From Bacteroidales bacterium (GTDB lineage Bacteria > Bacteroidota > Bacteroidia > Bacteroidales > G3-4614): DNA of 64,000 bases. A program made the translations under genes and the position numbers. Below the pieces are notes generated by a model that worked only from the letters and a program-made list of their open reading frames with translations, searched no databases and was not told the origin of the DNA. Shown piece after piece: positions 52,694 to 64,000 of this stretch (position 1 is its first letter; the number at the start of each line of letters is the position of its first letter). Location of the stretch: NCBI GenBank assembly GCA_017935575.1, contig JAGBHI010000050.1, positions 1,697 to 65,696 of the forward strand, in the 5' to 3' direction.

Positions 52694-52701
52694 TACTTTT
52701 G
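52694..52701 (+). promoter_or_regulatory. -7 promoter element of the nuo/atp cluster
   Basis: TACTTTTG, ~130 nt upstream of nuoA. Confidence 0.5.
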
Positions 52702-52828
52702 CAAAGTGTATATGGCAAAACTATGCTTTTTTGAGAGGGTCGGAGTGTCAAAATGGCAATGATTGTGCTCAAAATGTAGCAAAATGCAACAAATGATTAA
52801 AAATATAAAGTAAAAATTATATACAAGT

Positions 52829-53182
52829 ATGAGCAATCTATCATTATTAGTAGTTGTCTTCCTTACGGGAATTTCGCTTGTGGCTGCAGCTATTGCTATG
52901 GCAAAGTTGTTAGCACCACGAACTTTTAATCCGCAAAAGGGAGAACCTTATGAGTGCGGTATTCCTACTCGAGGAGGTTCATGGATGCAATTCAGAGTAG
53001 GATATTATCTGTTTGCTATCCTTTTCTTGATGTTTGATGTTGAAACAGTATTTTTGTTTCCATGGGCTGTTTTAGTTAGAGATTTAGGTGCTTCAGCATT
53101 AGTTAGTGTCTCATTCTTTTTTGGAGTACTTGTTTTAGGTTTAGCTTACGCTTGGAAGAAAGGAGCATTGGAATGGAAGTAA
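52829..53182 (+). CDS. nuoA: NADH-quinone oxidoreductase subunit A
   Basis: PYECG, FLMFDVE and AWKKGALEW motifs. Confidence 0.95.
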   Translation: MSNLSLLVVVFLTGISLVAAAIAMAKLLAPRTFNPQKGEPYECGIPTRGGSWMQFRVGYYLFAILFLMFDVETVFLFPWAVLVRDLGASALVSVSFFFGVLVLGLAYAWKKGALEWK

Positions 53183-53760
53183 AAGTTGATTTGAAGTCGA
53201 TGAAGCATGAGAACTTCAAAGATAATGAATATATTGAGCAATTAGTAAAAGAGTTGCGAGAAGGAGGAACAAATGTAATAGTGGGAGTCCTTGATGATAT
53301 GATAAATTGGGGACGCTCAAACTCTCTATGGCCGTTGACCTTTGCCACCAGTTGTTGCGGAATAGAGTTTATGTCAGTAGGTGCCGCGTCCAATGATATG
53401 GCACGATTTGGGTTCGAGGTAACCCGTGCCAGCCCGCGTCAAGCTGACTTTATAATGGTGGCAGGAACTATCGTTCACAAAATGGCTCCGGTTTTGAAGC
53501 GTTTATACGACCAAATGGCATCGCCAAAATATGTAATAGCAGTAGGAGGCTGTGCCGTTTCGGGAGGACCATTCAAAAACTCATATCATGTAGTAAAAGG
53601 AGTTAATGAGATAATCCCCGTTGATGTATATATCCCCGGTTGTCCTCCACGTCCCGAGGCTATGCTTTACGGAATGATGCAGTTACAAAGAAAAGTAAAA
53701 GTTGAGCGATTCTTTGGAGATGTTAATAAAAAAGAGAAAAGACCTGAACAAGAAAAATAG
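53173..53760 (+). CDS. nuoB: NADH-quinone oxidoreductase subunit B
   Basis: [15 protein letters not shown] and [10 protein letters not shown] motifs. Confidence 0.95.
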   Translation: MEVKVDLKSMKHENFKDNEYIEQLVKELREGGTNVIVGVLDDMINWGRSNSLWPLTFATSCCGIEFMSVGAASNDMARFGFEVTRASPRQADFIMVAGTIVHKMAPVLKRLYDQMASPKYVIAVGGCAVSGGPFKNSYHVVKGVNEIIPVDVYIPGCPPRPEAMLYGMMQLQRKVKVERFFGDVNKKEKRPEQEK

Positions 53761-53765
53761 TATCT

Positions 53766-55388
53766 ATGTCAAACATACAAGATAAAATAAAAGCATTAGT
53801 GCCTGAGGTAACCGTTGAAGAAAACGGTCTTTCAATGGTGGTTGTTCCATCAGAAAAAATGCCTCAAGTAGCAGCCTATTTAAGTGAAAAGGAGTCTTTT
53901 GATTCATTAGTTGCCTTAATCGGAAACGATTGGGGAGAATCGCTCGGAGTTGTATATATAATAGACTCTACAAAAACAGGAGAGAGAGTTGTGCTTAAAA
54001 CATCAACTACCGATAAAGAGAATCCTATGTTACATAGCGTAGCAGGAATTTGGAAATCGGCAGATTTGAATGAGCGCGAAGTTTATGATTTTTACGGAAT
54101 ACGTTTTATCGGACACCCCGATATGAGACGTATTTTCTTGCGTGAAGATTGGAAGGGGTATCCTCTAAGAAAAGATTATGATGCATCACCCGAAGCAAAT
54201 CCTGTTCCTGTAACAAACGAGTATAATGCAGATACTACAATATCGTTGCGACAACAACTCGACGGAACTATTGTAGAGGAAGAGAGAACAATTTTTGCAC
54301 CTGAAGATTATGTTGTAAATATAGGTCCTCAACACCCTGCAACGCACGGAGTAATGCGTTTCCGTACAGCTATAGAGGGAGAGACAATCAAGAAGATAGA
54401 TCCCATATGTGGATATATACACCGTGGAGTTGAAAAATTGGCAGAGGGATTAACATATCCTCAAACACTTCACTTTACCGACCGTCTTGATTATTTATCA
54501 GCACATCAAAATCGTCATGCATTATGTATGTGTATTGAGGAGGCAATGGGAATTGAAGTTCCGGAAAGAGCTAAATACATACGTACCATCATGGACGAGT
54601 TGTCAAGAATAGGTTCTCACCTTCTTTTGTATTCAACTCTTTGTATGGACTTAGGTTCAATCACAGCCTTTATATATGGTTTCCGTGATAGAGATAAAGT
54701 ACTTGATATCTTTGACGATACTTGTGGTGGTCGTCTTATAATGAACTACAACAAAATTGGAGGAGTTATGGCAGATATTCACCCCGATTTTGTTACAAAA
54801 GTTAAGCAATTCATCAAATATATGCCTAAAGGATTAGAGGAGTATCACGCACTCTTCTCTGGCAATATTATTGCTCGTAATCGTATGGAAGGTGTTGGAG
54901 TATTATCTCGTGAGGACGCTATAAATTATGGAATTTTTGGTCCTACAGGACGTGCTTCAGGTTGGGCTAATGACGTTCGTAAATTAGAACCATACGGAGT
55001 ATATGATAAAGTTGATTTTGAACAAGTTGTAATGACTGAAGGAGATACATACGCTCGTTATATGATAAGATTGAAAGAGATAGAGCAATCAATGCATATC
55101 ATTGAGCAACTTATTGATAATATCCCAGAAGGTGATTATGCTGTAAAAACCAAACCAATAATAAAATTACCCGAAGGAAACTTCTTCAAACGAGTTGAAG
55201 GTTCTCGTGGTGCGTTTGGAGTATATATTGAAAGTAAAGGAGATAAAACTCCGTACCGTATGAAATTTGTAACTCAAGGTTTGAACCTTATAGGTGCTGT
55301 TGATCATATTACTCGTGATCAAAAAATTGCAGACCTTATAGCAATTGGAGGTTCTCTTGACTATGTTATACCTGATATTGATAGATAA
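53766..55388 (+). CDS. nuoCD: Fused NADH-quinone oxidoreductase subunit C/D
   Basis: EREVYDFYG...GYPLRKD (C) followed by [18 protein letters not shown] and PDIDR (D). Confidence 0.93.
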   Translation: MSNIQDKIKALVPEVTVEENGLSMVVVPSEKMPQVAAYLSEKESFDSLVALIGNDWGESLGVVYIIDSTKTGERVVLKTSTTDKENPMLHSVAGIWKSADLNEREVYDFYGIRFIGHPDMRRIFLREDWKGYPLRKDYDASPEANPVPVTNEYNADTTISLRQQLDGTIVEEERTIFAPEDYVVNIGPQHPATHGVMRFRTAIEGETIKKIDPICGYIHRGVEKLAEGLTYPQTLHFTDRLDYLSAHQNRHALCMCIEEAMGIEVPERAKYIRTIMDELSRIGSHLLLYSTLCMDLGSITAFIYGFRDRDKVLDIFDDTCGGRLIMNYNKIGGVMADIHPDFVTKVKQFIKYMPKGLEEYHALFSGNIIARNRMEGVGVLSREDAINYGIFGPTGRASGWANDVRKLEPYGVYDKVDFEQVVMTEGDTYARYMIRLKEIEQSMHIIEQLIDNIPEGDYAVKTKPIIKLPEGNFFKRVEGSRGAFGVYIESKGDKTPYRMKFVTQGLNLIGAVDHITRDQKIADLIAIGGSLDYVIPDIDR

Positions 55389-55408
55389 AAAAAGAAAAAT
55401 ATTACATT

Positions 55409-56485
55409 ATGTTTGATTTTTCAGCCATAACAATTTGGATAGACCAACTGTTACGTAGCGTAATGGCTCCGTGGGCAGTAGTATTAGTAGAAGGCGTTAT
55501 AATAGGCGTGGTTCTATTACTTCTTTATGCTTTAATAGCATTGGCATTAATATATGCCGAGCGTAAAATTTGTGCATTTTTCCAATGTCGTTACGGACCA
55601 AATCGTGTAGGTCCCTTAGGTTTGTTACAACCTATAGCCGATATGTTAAAAATGTTGATAAAGGAGATTATATCGGTAGATAAGAGCGATAAATTCTTAT
55701 ACGGATTAGCTCCATTCCTTGTAATCCTTTCATCAATGCTTACCTTTGGTTGTATGCCATTCGGAAACGGTTTGTTAACTCTTGATTTTAATATAGGAGT
55801 ATTCTTCATAATGGCAGTATCATCAATAGGAGTATTGGGAATATTGCTTGCAGGTTGGTCAAGTAACAACAAATTTACACTTATTGGTGCAATGCGAAGC
55901 GGAGCTCAAATGATAAGTTATGAGTTGTCAATAGGATTGTCAATATTATCAGTAGTTGTATATGCAGGAACAATGCAAACATCGCAAATAATTGCAGCAC
56001 AAGAGAATGCATGGTTCATATTTACAGGACACATTCCTATGTGGATTGCATTTATCATATACTTGATAGCAGGAACAGCCGAGACTAACCGTGGACCCTT
56101 TGACCTTCCCGAAGCAGAGTCTGAGTTGACAGCAGGATACCATACAGAGTATTCAGGAATGCACTTCGGATTCTACTATCTTGCAGAGTATCTTAATATG
56201 TTTATTGTATCAGGAATTGCATCATTGCTATTCTTGGGAGGGTGGATGCCTCTTCATATTCCAGGTTGGGAAGCATTCAATAATGTAATGAACTATATAC
56301 CATCAGTAATATGGTTCTTCGGAAAAACTGCAATTATAATGTTTATAATAATGTGGTTTAAATGGACATTCCCACGTTTGAGAATTGACCAATTGATAAA
56401 GTTTGAGTGGAAATATCTCTTGCCCATAGGTTTATTCAATTTGTTATTGGTAACAATAATGGTTGTTATGGGCTGGCACTTTTAA
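55409..56485 (+). CDS. nuoH: NADH-quinone oxidoreductase subunit H
   Basis: [24 protein letters not shown] and FPRLRIDQ motifs. Confidence 0.96.
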   Translation: MFDFSAITIWIDQLLRSVMAPWAVVLVEGVIIGVVLLLLYALIALALIYAERKICAFFQCRYGPNRVGPLGLLQPIADMLKMLIKEIISVDKSDKFLYGLAPFLVILSSMLTFGCMPFGNGLLTLDFNIGVFFIMAVSSIGVLGILLAGWSSNNKFTLIGAMRSGAQMISYELSIGLSILSVVVYAGTMQTSQIIAAQENAWFIFTGHIPMWIAFIIYLIAGTAETNRGPFDLPEAESELTAGYHTEYSGMHFGFYYLAEYLNMFIVSGIASLLFLGGWMPLHIPGWEAFNNVMNYIPSVIWFFGKTAIIMFIIMWFKWTFPRLRIDQLIKFEWKYLLPIGLFNLLLVTIMVVMGWHF

Positions 56486-56488
56486 TAG

Positions 56489-58024
<1,536 letters not shown>

Positions 58025-58035
58025 TAAAAACAACA

Positions 58036-58269
58036 ATGAAACTCCAAATAATATCAACCGATGGTATAATCTTTGAAGGAGAGGCAACAAAAGTGACTCT
58101 CCCCGGAACAGTAGGACCGTTTACTGTTTTGGAGAACCATGCATCTATACTTTCAACATTAACAAAAGGAGAGTTGGAGTATGAGAGTAATGGTATAGTT
58201 GAGACTGTACAAATAAAAGGAGGATTTGTTGATGTAAATAATAATCAGGTATCAGTATGCCTAAGTTAA
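58036..58269 (+). CDS. atpC: F1 epsilon subunit (N-terminal domain only)
   Basis: LPGTVGPFTVLENHA and GGFVDV motifs; 77 aa. Confidence 0.9.
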   Translation: MKLQIISTDGIIFEGEATKVTLPGTVGPFTVLENHASILSTLTKGELEYESNGIVETVQIKGGFVDVNNNQVSVCLS

Positions 58270-58274
58270 GCAAT

Positions 58275-59339
58275 ATGATATTTAGAAGGTACATATTAGT
58301 ATTAGCAATGTTGTTGTCAATATCATTTACAACAGCAACAAAGGCTTCTGCTCACTCAGAAGAGGAGGGAGGATTAAATGTAAAAGAATTAATCTTCCAT
58401 CACCTTTTAGATTCTTACGAGTGGGAGCTACCTTGTACCCATGTAAAAATACCATTGCCAATAATAGTTCGTGATTATCAAGGTGAATGGCATCTTTTCA
58501 GTTCCTCACGTTTAGCGCATGGTGAGGAGTATGAAGGATTTAAAATAACTCATCATGGCGACAATTCAGGCAAAGTTGTAGGCATAAATGCAGAAGGAGA
58601 AGAGTATCGTCCATTAGATTTTTCGTTAACAAAGAATGTTACAGAGATAATGTTAGCGGCAATTTTGATGCTTCTAATATTCCTTCCAATGGCGCGATGG
58701 TATAAGAAAAATCCATATAAGGCTCCACGTAAATTCTTTGGAGGAGTAGAACTATTGATAGAGATGATATACGGAGAAGTTATTAAACCTATATTAGGAA
58801 AAGATGCAAAGAAATTTGCTCCATATCTTTTAACCGTATTTTTCTTCATCTTTATAATTAACTTATTAGGAATGATAACTGTATTCCCCGGAGGAGCCAA
58901 CTTGTCGGGAAATATAGCAGTAACTATGGTGTTGGCATTAATGACATTCTTGGTAATAAACATATTCGGAACAAAACACTATTGGAAAGACCTTATATGG
59001 CCCGAAGTTCCAATGTTTATGAAGTGTCCAATACCACTTATGCCGGTAATTGAGATATTTGGAGCATTAACAAAACCTATGGCATTGATGATTCGTTTGT
59101 TTGCCAATATGATGGGCGGACATATGATAACTCTTGTATTGGTATGTCTCATATTTATATTCTCAGCATTCGGTTTGGCAGTGCAAAGCGGAACAGCGGT
59201 GTTTTCAGTAGCATTTGCGCTATTTATGGGAGTATTGCACTTGCTTATATGTTTAATTCAAGCATATGTATTTACTATGCTGTCAACCATATTTATAGGA
59301 TTGGCACAAATACACGAACATAAAGAAGAGAAAAAATAG
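58275..59339 (+). CDS. atpB: Fo subunit a
   Basis: HHLLDSYEW, DFSLTKNV, IRLFANM and IQAYVFTML motifs. Confidence 0.95.
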   Translation: MIFRRYILVLAMLLSISFTTATKASAHSEEEGGLNVKELIFHHLLDSYEWELPCTHVKIPLPIIVRDYQGEWHLFSSSRLAHGEEYEGFKITHHGDNSGKVVGINAEGEEYRPLDFSLTKNVTEIMLAAILMLLIFLPMARWYKKNPYKAPRKFFGGVELLIEMIYGEVIKPILGKDAKKFAPYLLTVFFFIFIINLLGMITVFPGGANLSGNIAVTMVLALMTFLVINIFGTKHYWKDLIWPEVPMFMKCPIPLMPVIEIFGALTKPMALMIRLFANMMGGHMITLVLVCLIFIFSAFGLAVQSGTAVFSVAFALFMGVLHLLICLIQAYVFTMLSTIFIGLAQIHEHKEEKK

Positions 59340-59365
59340 AAAACAATAAATAGTATTTATCATAA

Positions 59366-59632
<267 letters not shown>

Positions 59633-59642
59633 TATAATTCAA

Positions 59643-60140
59643 ATGGAACTGTTTAAACCCGAACTTGGTCTTTCATTTTGGCTATTGGTCGTATTTGTTT
59701 TGCTCTTTATAGTAACAGCCAAGTATGTTTGGCCTGCAATTGTAAAGAGTGTAGATGAACGCGCTGACCTTATAGACAAAGGAGTGGGTTATGCACAAGA
59801 GGCTAAAAAGCAACTTGAAAATGCAACAGAGAATGCTCAACAACTATTAGTTGATGCACAGCGTCAACAAATGGAGATTCTAAGAGAGGCCACTCAAATG
59901 AAAAACCGAATAATAGAAGAGGCTCGCAGTGCAGCAACCGCAGAAGCAAAAAAAGTAATGGATGCTGCCGCAATCTCAATAGAGCAAGCCAGAAAGGCCT
60001 CAGAAGAGCAGTTCCGTGCCGAAGTTAGCGGTTTTGCATTGCAGATAGCCGAGAAGCTTGTGCGCAAGGAGCTGTCCGATGACAAAAGTCAGAAGGAGAT
60101 TATTGAAAAGATGTTAGAACAGTTGGAGAAACAAAATTAA
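59643..60140 (+). CDS. atpF: Fo subunit b
   Basis: MELFKPELGLSFW TM segment, KYVWPAI..ER, coiled coil. Confidence 0.92.
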   Translation: MELFKPELGLSFWLLVVFVLLFIVTAKYVWPAIVKSVDERADLIDKGVGYAQEAKKQLENATENAQQLLVDAQRQQMEILREATQMKNRIIEEARSAATAEAKKVMDAAAISIEQARKASEEQFRAEVSGFALQIAEKLVRKELSDDKSQKEIIEKMLEQLEKQN

Positions 60141-60148
60141 ATTAAAAT

Positions 60149-60697
60149 ATGAGTGAAGGAGTAATAGCAGGGAGATATGCCACAGCACTATACAAATATT
60201 GTGCCGAGCATGGAGTAGCCACTACGTTGTATAAAACAGCGGAGGAGGTTGAAAAAGCCTTTATCTCAACACCTGAGCTACGAAAGACTCTCATAAATCC
60301 GGTTGTTCCAGCAAAAGACAAAATTTCCATAATGATGACCGTAGGCGGTAAAAACGCCGACAAATATTTTGAAAACTTTGTACGTCTTGTAGTTGATAAA
60401 AAACGTGAAGAGTATATGCGTGAAATATTCTTGAAGTATTCACAAATATATCGTAAAAAAAACAACATATCATTAGTTGAAGTAACAACTGCTGTTGAGA
60501 TTGACGAGAATATGTTGAAAAAGATAACATCAATCATATCAAGTCGAACAGAAAGTAAAGTTGAATTAAAATATAAGATAGACCTTGCTATAATAGGAGG
60601 ATTTGTCTTAAAAATAGACTCTCAACAATTAGATGCATCAATTGACAGAGAGTTAAAGAATTTGCGTTTAAAATTAGTAAACAGCAACAAAGTATGA
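60149..60697 (+). CDS. atpH: F1 delta subunit
   Basis: IAGRYATAL and IIGGFVL...LDASI motifs. Confidence 0.92.
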   Translation: MSEGVIAGRYATALYKYCAEHGVATTLYKTAEEVEKAFISTPELRKTLINPVVPAKDKISIMMTVGGKNADKYFENFVRLVVDKKREEYMREIFLKYSQIYRKKNNISLVEVTTAVEIDENMLKKITSIISSRTESKVELKYKIDLAIIGGFVLKIDSQQLDASIDRELKNLRLKLVNSNKV

Positions 60698-62265
60698 TAA
60701 AACCGAGTGAAGTATCAGATATCTTAAAGCGTCAATTAGAAGAGGTTGACAGCCGTATCAATTTTGAAGAGGTGGGTACTGTCTTAAGTGTAGGAGACGG
60801 AGTAGCACATGTCTTCGGATTGGATAATGTACACGCGAGTGAACTTGTAGAGTTTGAAAACGGAGTACGCGGAGTGGCTATGAACCTTGAAGATAGTAAT
60901 GTTGGTGTTATTTTGATGGGTGATACTGCAAAAGTAGAAGAGAATATGACTGTACGTCGTACAGGTCAGATAGCATCAATACAAGTTGGAGAAGGATTAT
61001 TAGGCAGGGTTATAAATACCTTAGGAGAGCCAATTGATGGAAAAGGAGCAATAGAAGGAGAACTGATACCTATGCCACTTGACCGCAAAGCTCCCGGAGT
61101 AATTTATCGTCAACCCGTAAATGAACCTTTACAAACAGGAATTAAGGCAGTAGATGCCATGATACCTATTGGACGAGGACAACGTGAGTTGATTATTGGA
61201 GACCGTCAAACAGGAAAAACAACAATTGCCGTTGATACAATAATTAACCAACGTAAAAACTATGAGGCAGGAGACCCTGTATATTGTATATATGTGGCGA
61301 TAGGACAAAAAGCTTCGTCGGTAGCTGCATTAGTAAATACATTAAAGGAGCATGGAGCAATGGAATATACCATTGTACTTGCTGCAAATGCCTCAGATCC
61401 TGCATCAATGAGATATTATGCCCCATTTGCTGGAGCTGCAATTGGAGAATATTTCCGCGACTCAGGACGCCATGCCTTAGTAGTATATGACGACTTGTCA
61501 AAACAAGCAGTATCATATCGTGAGATATCGTTGATTCTTCGTCGTCCTTCAGGACGTGAAGCATATCCCGGAGATATCTTCTATCTACATTCACGTTTAT
61601 TAGAGCGTGCAGCTAAAATTATTGATAACGAAGAGGTTGTAAAAACAATGAACGACGTTCCTGAATCATTGCGTCCAATGTTGAAGGGGGGAGGTTCATT
61701 AACAGCCCTTCCTGTAATTGAGACTCAAGCAGGAGACGTTTCAGCATATATTCCAACAAACGTAATTTCAATTACCGACGGACAAATATTCCTTGAAACA
61801 AACCTATTCCACCAAGGACAACGTCCGGCTATCAACGTGGGAATATCAGTTTCACGTGTAGGAGGAAATGCTCAAGTTAAAGCAATGAAAAAAATTGCAG
61901 GAACACTTAAAATTGATCAAGCACAATATCGCGAGTTGGAAGCATTTACAAAATTCGGTGGCGATATTGACCCTGTAACAGCAATGGTAATTGATAAAGG
62001 TCGTAAAAATAGCCGTATATTGGTTCAACCTCAATATTCTCCAATGCCTGTAGGTGAGGAGATAGCAATAATATATTGTGGAATTAAAGGTCTATTAAAA
62101 GGAATTGAAATTGACAGAATAAAAGAGTTTGAAGATTCTTTCCTTGACCTTTTAAGAAACAAATATAAAGCAGAGGTTCTTGATAAATTGCAAGTAGGTA
62201 AATTAGACGAAAATATAGAGGCTAAATTGCGCGAAGCAGCCGAAAGTGTTTCAGCAAGATTTTAA
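60694..62265 (+). CDS. atpA: F1 alpha subunit
   Basis: [15 protein letters not shown] and [10 protein letters not shown] motifs. Confidence 0.97.
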   Translation: MIKPSEVSDILKRQLEEVDSRINFEEVGTVLSVGDGVAHVFGLDNVHASELVEFENGVRGVAMNLEDSNVGVILMGDTAKVEENMTVRRTGQIASIQVGEGLLGRVINTLGEPIDGKGAIEGELIPMPLDRKAPGVIYRQPVNEPLQTGIKAVDAMIPIGRGQRELIIGDRQTGKTTIAVDTIINQRKNYEAGDPVYCIYVAIGQKASSVAALVNTLKEHGAMEYTIVLAANASDPASMRYYAPFAGAAIGEYFRDSGRHALVVYDDLSKQAVSYREISLILRRPSGREAYPGDIFYLHSRLLERAAKIIDNEEVVKTMNDVPESLRPMLKGGGSLTALPVIETQAGDVSAYIPTNVISITDGQIFLETNLFHQGQRPAINVGISVSRVGGNAQVKAMKKIAGTLKIDQAQYRELEAFTKFGGDIDPVTAMVIDKGRKNSRILVQPQYSPMPVGEEIAIIYCGIKGLLKGIEIDRIKEFEDSFLDLLRNKYKAEVLDKLQVGKLDENIEAKLREAAESVSARF

Positions 62266-62275
62266 GTAAAAGAAG

Positions 62276-63151
62276 ATGGCAACAATAAGGGAGATAAAAG
62301 GAAGAATAACTTCAACAAAGTCATCGCAGAAGATAACAGGTGCGATGAAGATGATAGCCACTGCCAAATTACGTAAGGCAGAGGGTGCTCTTCGTCAGAT
62401 GAACCCATATCGAAATCAGTTGAGTTCAGCCATACAGCATCTTCTCGGCTCTGATGGAGATTATCCATCACCCCTTACACAAATTCGTCAAGTATCTCAT
62501 TTTGCATTTGTAGTAGTAGGTTCAGAAGAGGGATTGTGTGGAGCATACAATATTTATCTCTTTAAGAAACTATTGGAGAGAATATCTTACGTTCAAAAAA
62601 CTTACGGAGAAGAGTGTAAAATAACTCTATATCCCATAGGACGAAAAATGACAGGAATACTCTCAAAAATGCCAGAAGTAGAGGTACTAAAATCAGAATA
62701 TTTAACAGTAAAAAGTGATGCAATAGTAATAAGCGAGTTTACTGATGGTATAGTATCAAAATTTTTATCAAAGGAGTATGATGAAGTTGAGATAATATAT
62801 CCAAGATTTAAATCAATGGCATCACAACCTGTTGAAACCCGAACATTATTACCAATTGATTCCTCACGTCTTTCAGCAGAAGGGGCAGAGGAACATCAAA
62901 ATCCATATATATACGAACCTTCACGTAGCGATATATTTCTATCGTTATTACCATTATTTGTACGAGTGGATATGCAGGAGGCAATATATAGTGGAAGAGC
63001 TTCAGAACAAGCAGCAAGGGTAATGGCAATGCAATCGGCAAGCGACAATGCCAAGAAGTTGCTTGAGGAGTTGCAATTAGATTACAACAAGTTGCGTCAA
63101 CAGGGAATTACAAATGAATTATTAGATATAGTAGGAGGATCAATGCATTAA
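62276..63151 (+). CDS. atpG: F1 gamma subunit
   Basis: KITGAMKMIA, GLCGAYN and RQQGITNEL motifs. Confidence 0.95.
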   Translation: MATIREIKGRITSTKSSQKITGAMKMIATAKLRKAEGALRQMNPYRNQLSSAIQHLLGSDGDYPSPLTQIRQVSHFAFVVVGSEEGLCGAYNIYLFKKLLERISYVQKTYGEECKITLYPIGRKMTGILSKMPEVEVLKSEYLTVKSDAIVISEFTDGIVSKFLSKEYDEVEIIYPRFKSMASQPVETRTLLPIDSSRLSAEGAEEHQNPYIYEPSRSDIFLSLLPLFVRVDMQEAIYSGRASEQAARVMAMQSASDNAKKLLEELQLDYNKLRQQGITNELLDIVGGSMH

Positions 63152-63161
63152 AAAATAGATT

Positions 63162-63608
63162 ATGAAAAGTTTAGTAGAGTACATAATATCTATTTTCAAG
63201 GGTCTGGGGACTCTTTTGACAGGAATGAGAATAACATTAAAAGAGTTTTTCACACCCAAAGTAACACAATGTTATCCTGAGAACAGGGATACCTTGAAAA
63301 TAGCTGAGAGGTTTAGAGCAACACTTGTAATGGTAACCGATGAAAACGGAAATAACAAGTGTACTGCATGTGGTTTGTGTTCAATTAATTGTCCCAACCA
63401 AACAATTAAGATAACATCACACATGGAGGAGACAGAAGATGGAAAAAAGAAAAAGGTATTAGATGCATATCTATATGACTTAGGAAGTTGTACATTCTGT
63501 CAATTATGCGTTGAAGGTTGTCCCACAAAGGCAATTAAGTTTACAAATGATTTTGAGCAAGCAGTATTTACTCGTTCAAAACTTGTTAAGCAATTGAATA
63601 AAAAATAA
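63162..63608 (+). CDS. nuoI: NADH-quinone oxidoreductase subunit I (2x[4Fe-4S])
   Basis: VTQCYPE, CTACGLCSINCP and CTFCQLCVEGCP motifs. Confidence 0.93.
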   Translation: MKSLVEYIISIFKGLGTLLTGMRITLKEFFTPKVTQCYPENRDTLKIAERFRATLVMVTDENGNNKCTACGLCSINCPNQTIKITSHMEETEDGKKKKVLDAYLYDLGSCTFCQLCVEGCPTKAIKFTNDFEQAVFTRSKLVKQLNKK

Positions 63609-63622
63609 ATAACATATAACTT

Positions 63623-64000
63623 ATGGAAAATATAGGGAACGAGGTAATTTTTTACATCATTGCAGCAGTAATGTTAATATTCTCTGTAATGACCGTTACC
63701 ACAAAACATCTGTTACGTTCAGCAACATATTTGTTGTTCGTACTATTTGGTACAGCTGCACTATACTTCCAACTTGATTACCATTTTCTTGGAGCAGTAC
63801 AGGTTGCAGTTTATGCCGGAGGTATAGTGGTATTATTTGTCTTCTCAATCCTTTTGACACAAGGTTTGGGGCAAAACAAAGAGAAGATAAAGAGCAGTAA
63901 ATTAGTATTGGCGTTGTCTGCCGCAATTTTAGGAGCAGTTGTATGCGGATACTCATTGTTTACTCATATCTTTCCTGCATCACGTTATGCAATGGGAGAA
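63623..64000 (+). CDS. nuoJ: NADH-quinone oxidoreductase subunit J (runs off window end)
   Basis: Translated by hand: MENIGNEVIFYIIAAV...LLRSATYLLFVL...FLGAVQVAVYAGGIVVLFVFSILLT. Confidence 0.9.
   Translation, partial: MENIGNEVIFYIIAAVMLIFSVMTVTTKHLLRSATYLLFVLFGTAALYFQLDYHFLGAVQVAVYAGGIVVLFVFSILLTQGLGQNKEKIKSSKLVLALSAAILGAVVCGYSLFTHIFPASRYAMGE

Noticed and set aside
53766-55409. Missing nuoEFG and fused nuoCD as a novelty
   Set aside because: The 11-subunit complex I without the NADH-input module is the usual state in Bacteroidales.

Overview
AT-rich Bacteroidales chromosomal segment, judged from TAnnTTTG promoters, T9SS C-terminal domains and Bacteroidetes gene order. Left to right: three tandem T9SS-secreted GH85-like endo-beta-N-acetylglucosaminidases; housekeeping genes (SDR, lgt, ddh, metH, ruvC, gdhA, dut-TPR-DUF4292-envC, GNAT+wzx, dnaN-dnaQ-coaBC-DUF4835-recN-rlmB); a large T9SS-secreted GH2; a ~5.7 kb integrase-less island inserted in the 3' end of a DUF2795 gene; umuDC; two tRNA-Thr and SRP RNA; envelope genes; and a respiratory cluster in which the whole F1Fo ATP synthase operon sits inside the nuo operon between nuoH and nuoI. 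The island is bounded by a 24-bp att-like direct repeat. It carries a DpnII-type GATC R-M system, a C-protein-like HTH gene coupled to an unknown 178-aa protein, and a 40-aa Cys/Pro/Arg-rich peptide ORF (absent from the ORF track) directly upstream of an RRE-radical SAM-SPASM enzyme, a candidate uncharacterised RiPP system. All calls come from reading motifs by eye; no database searches were run.
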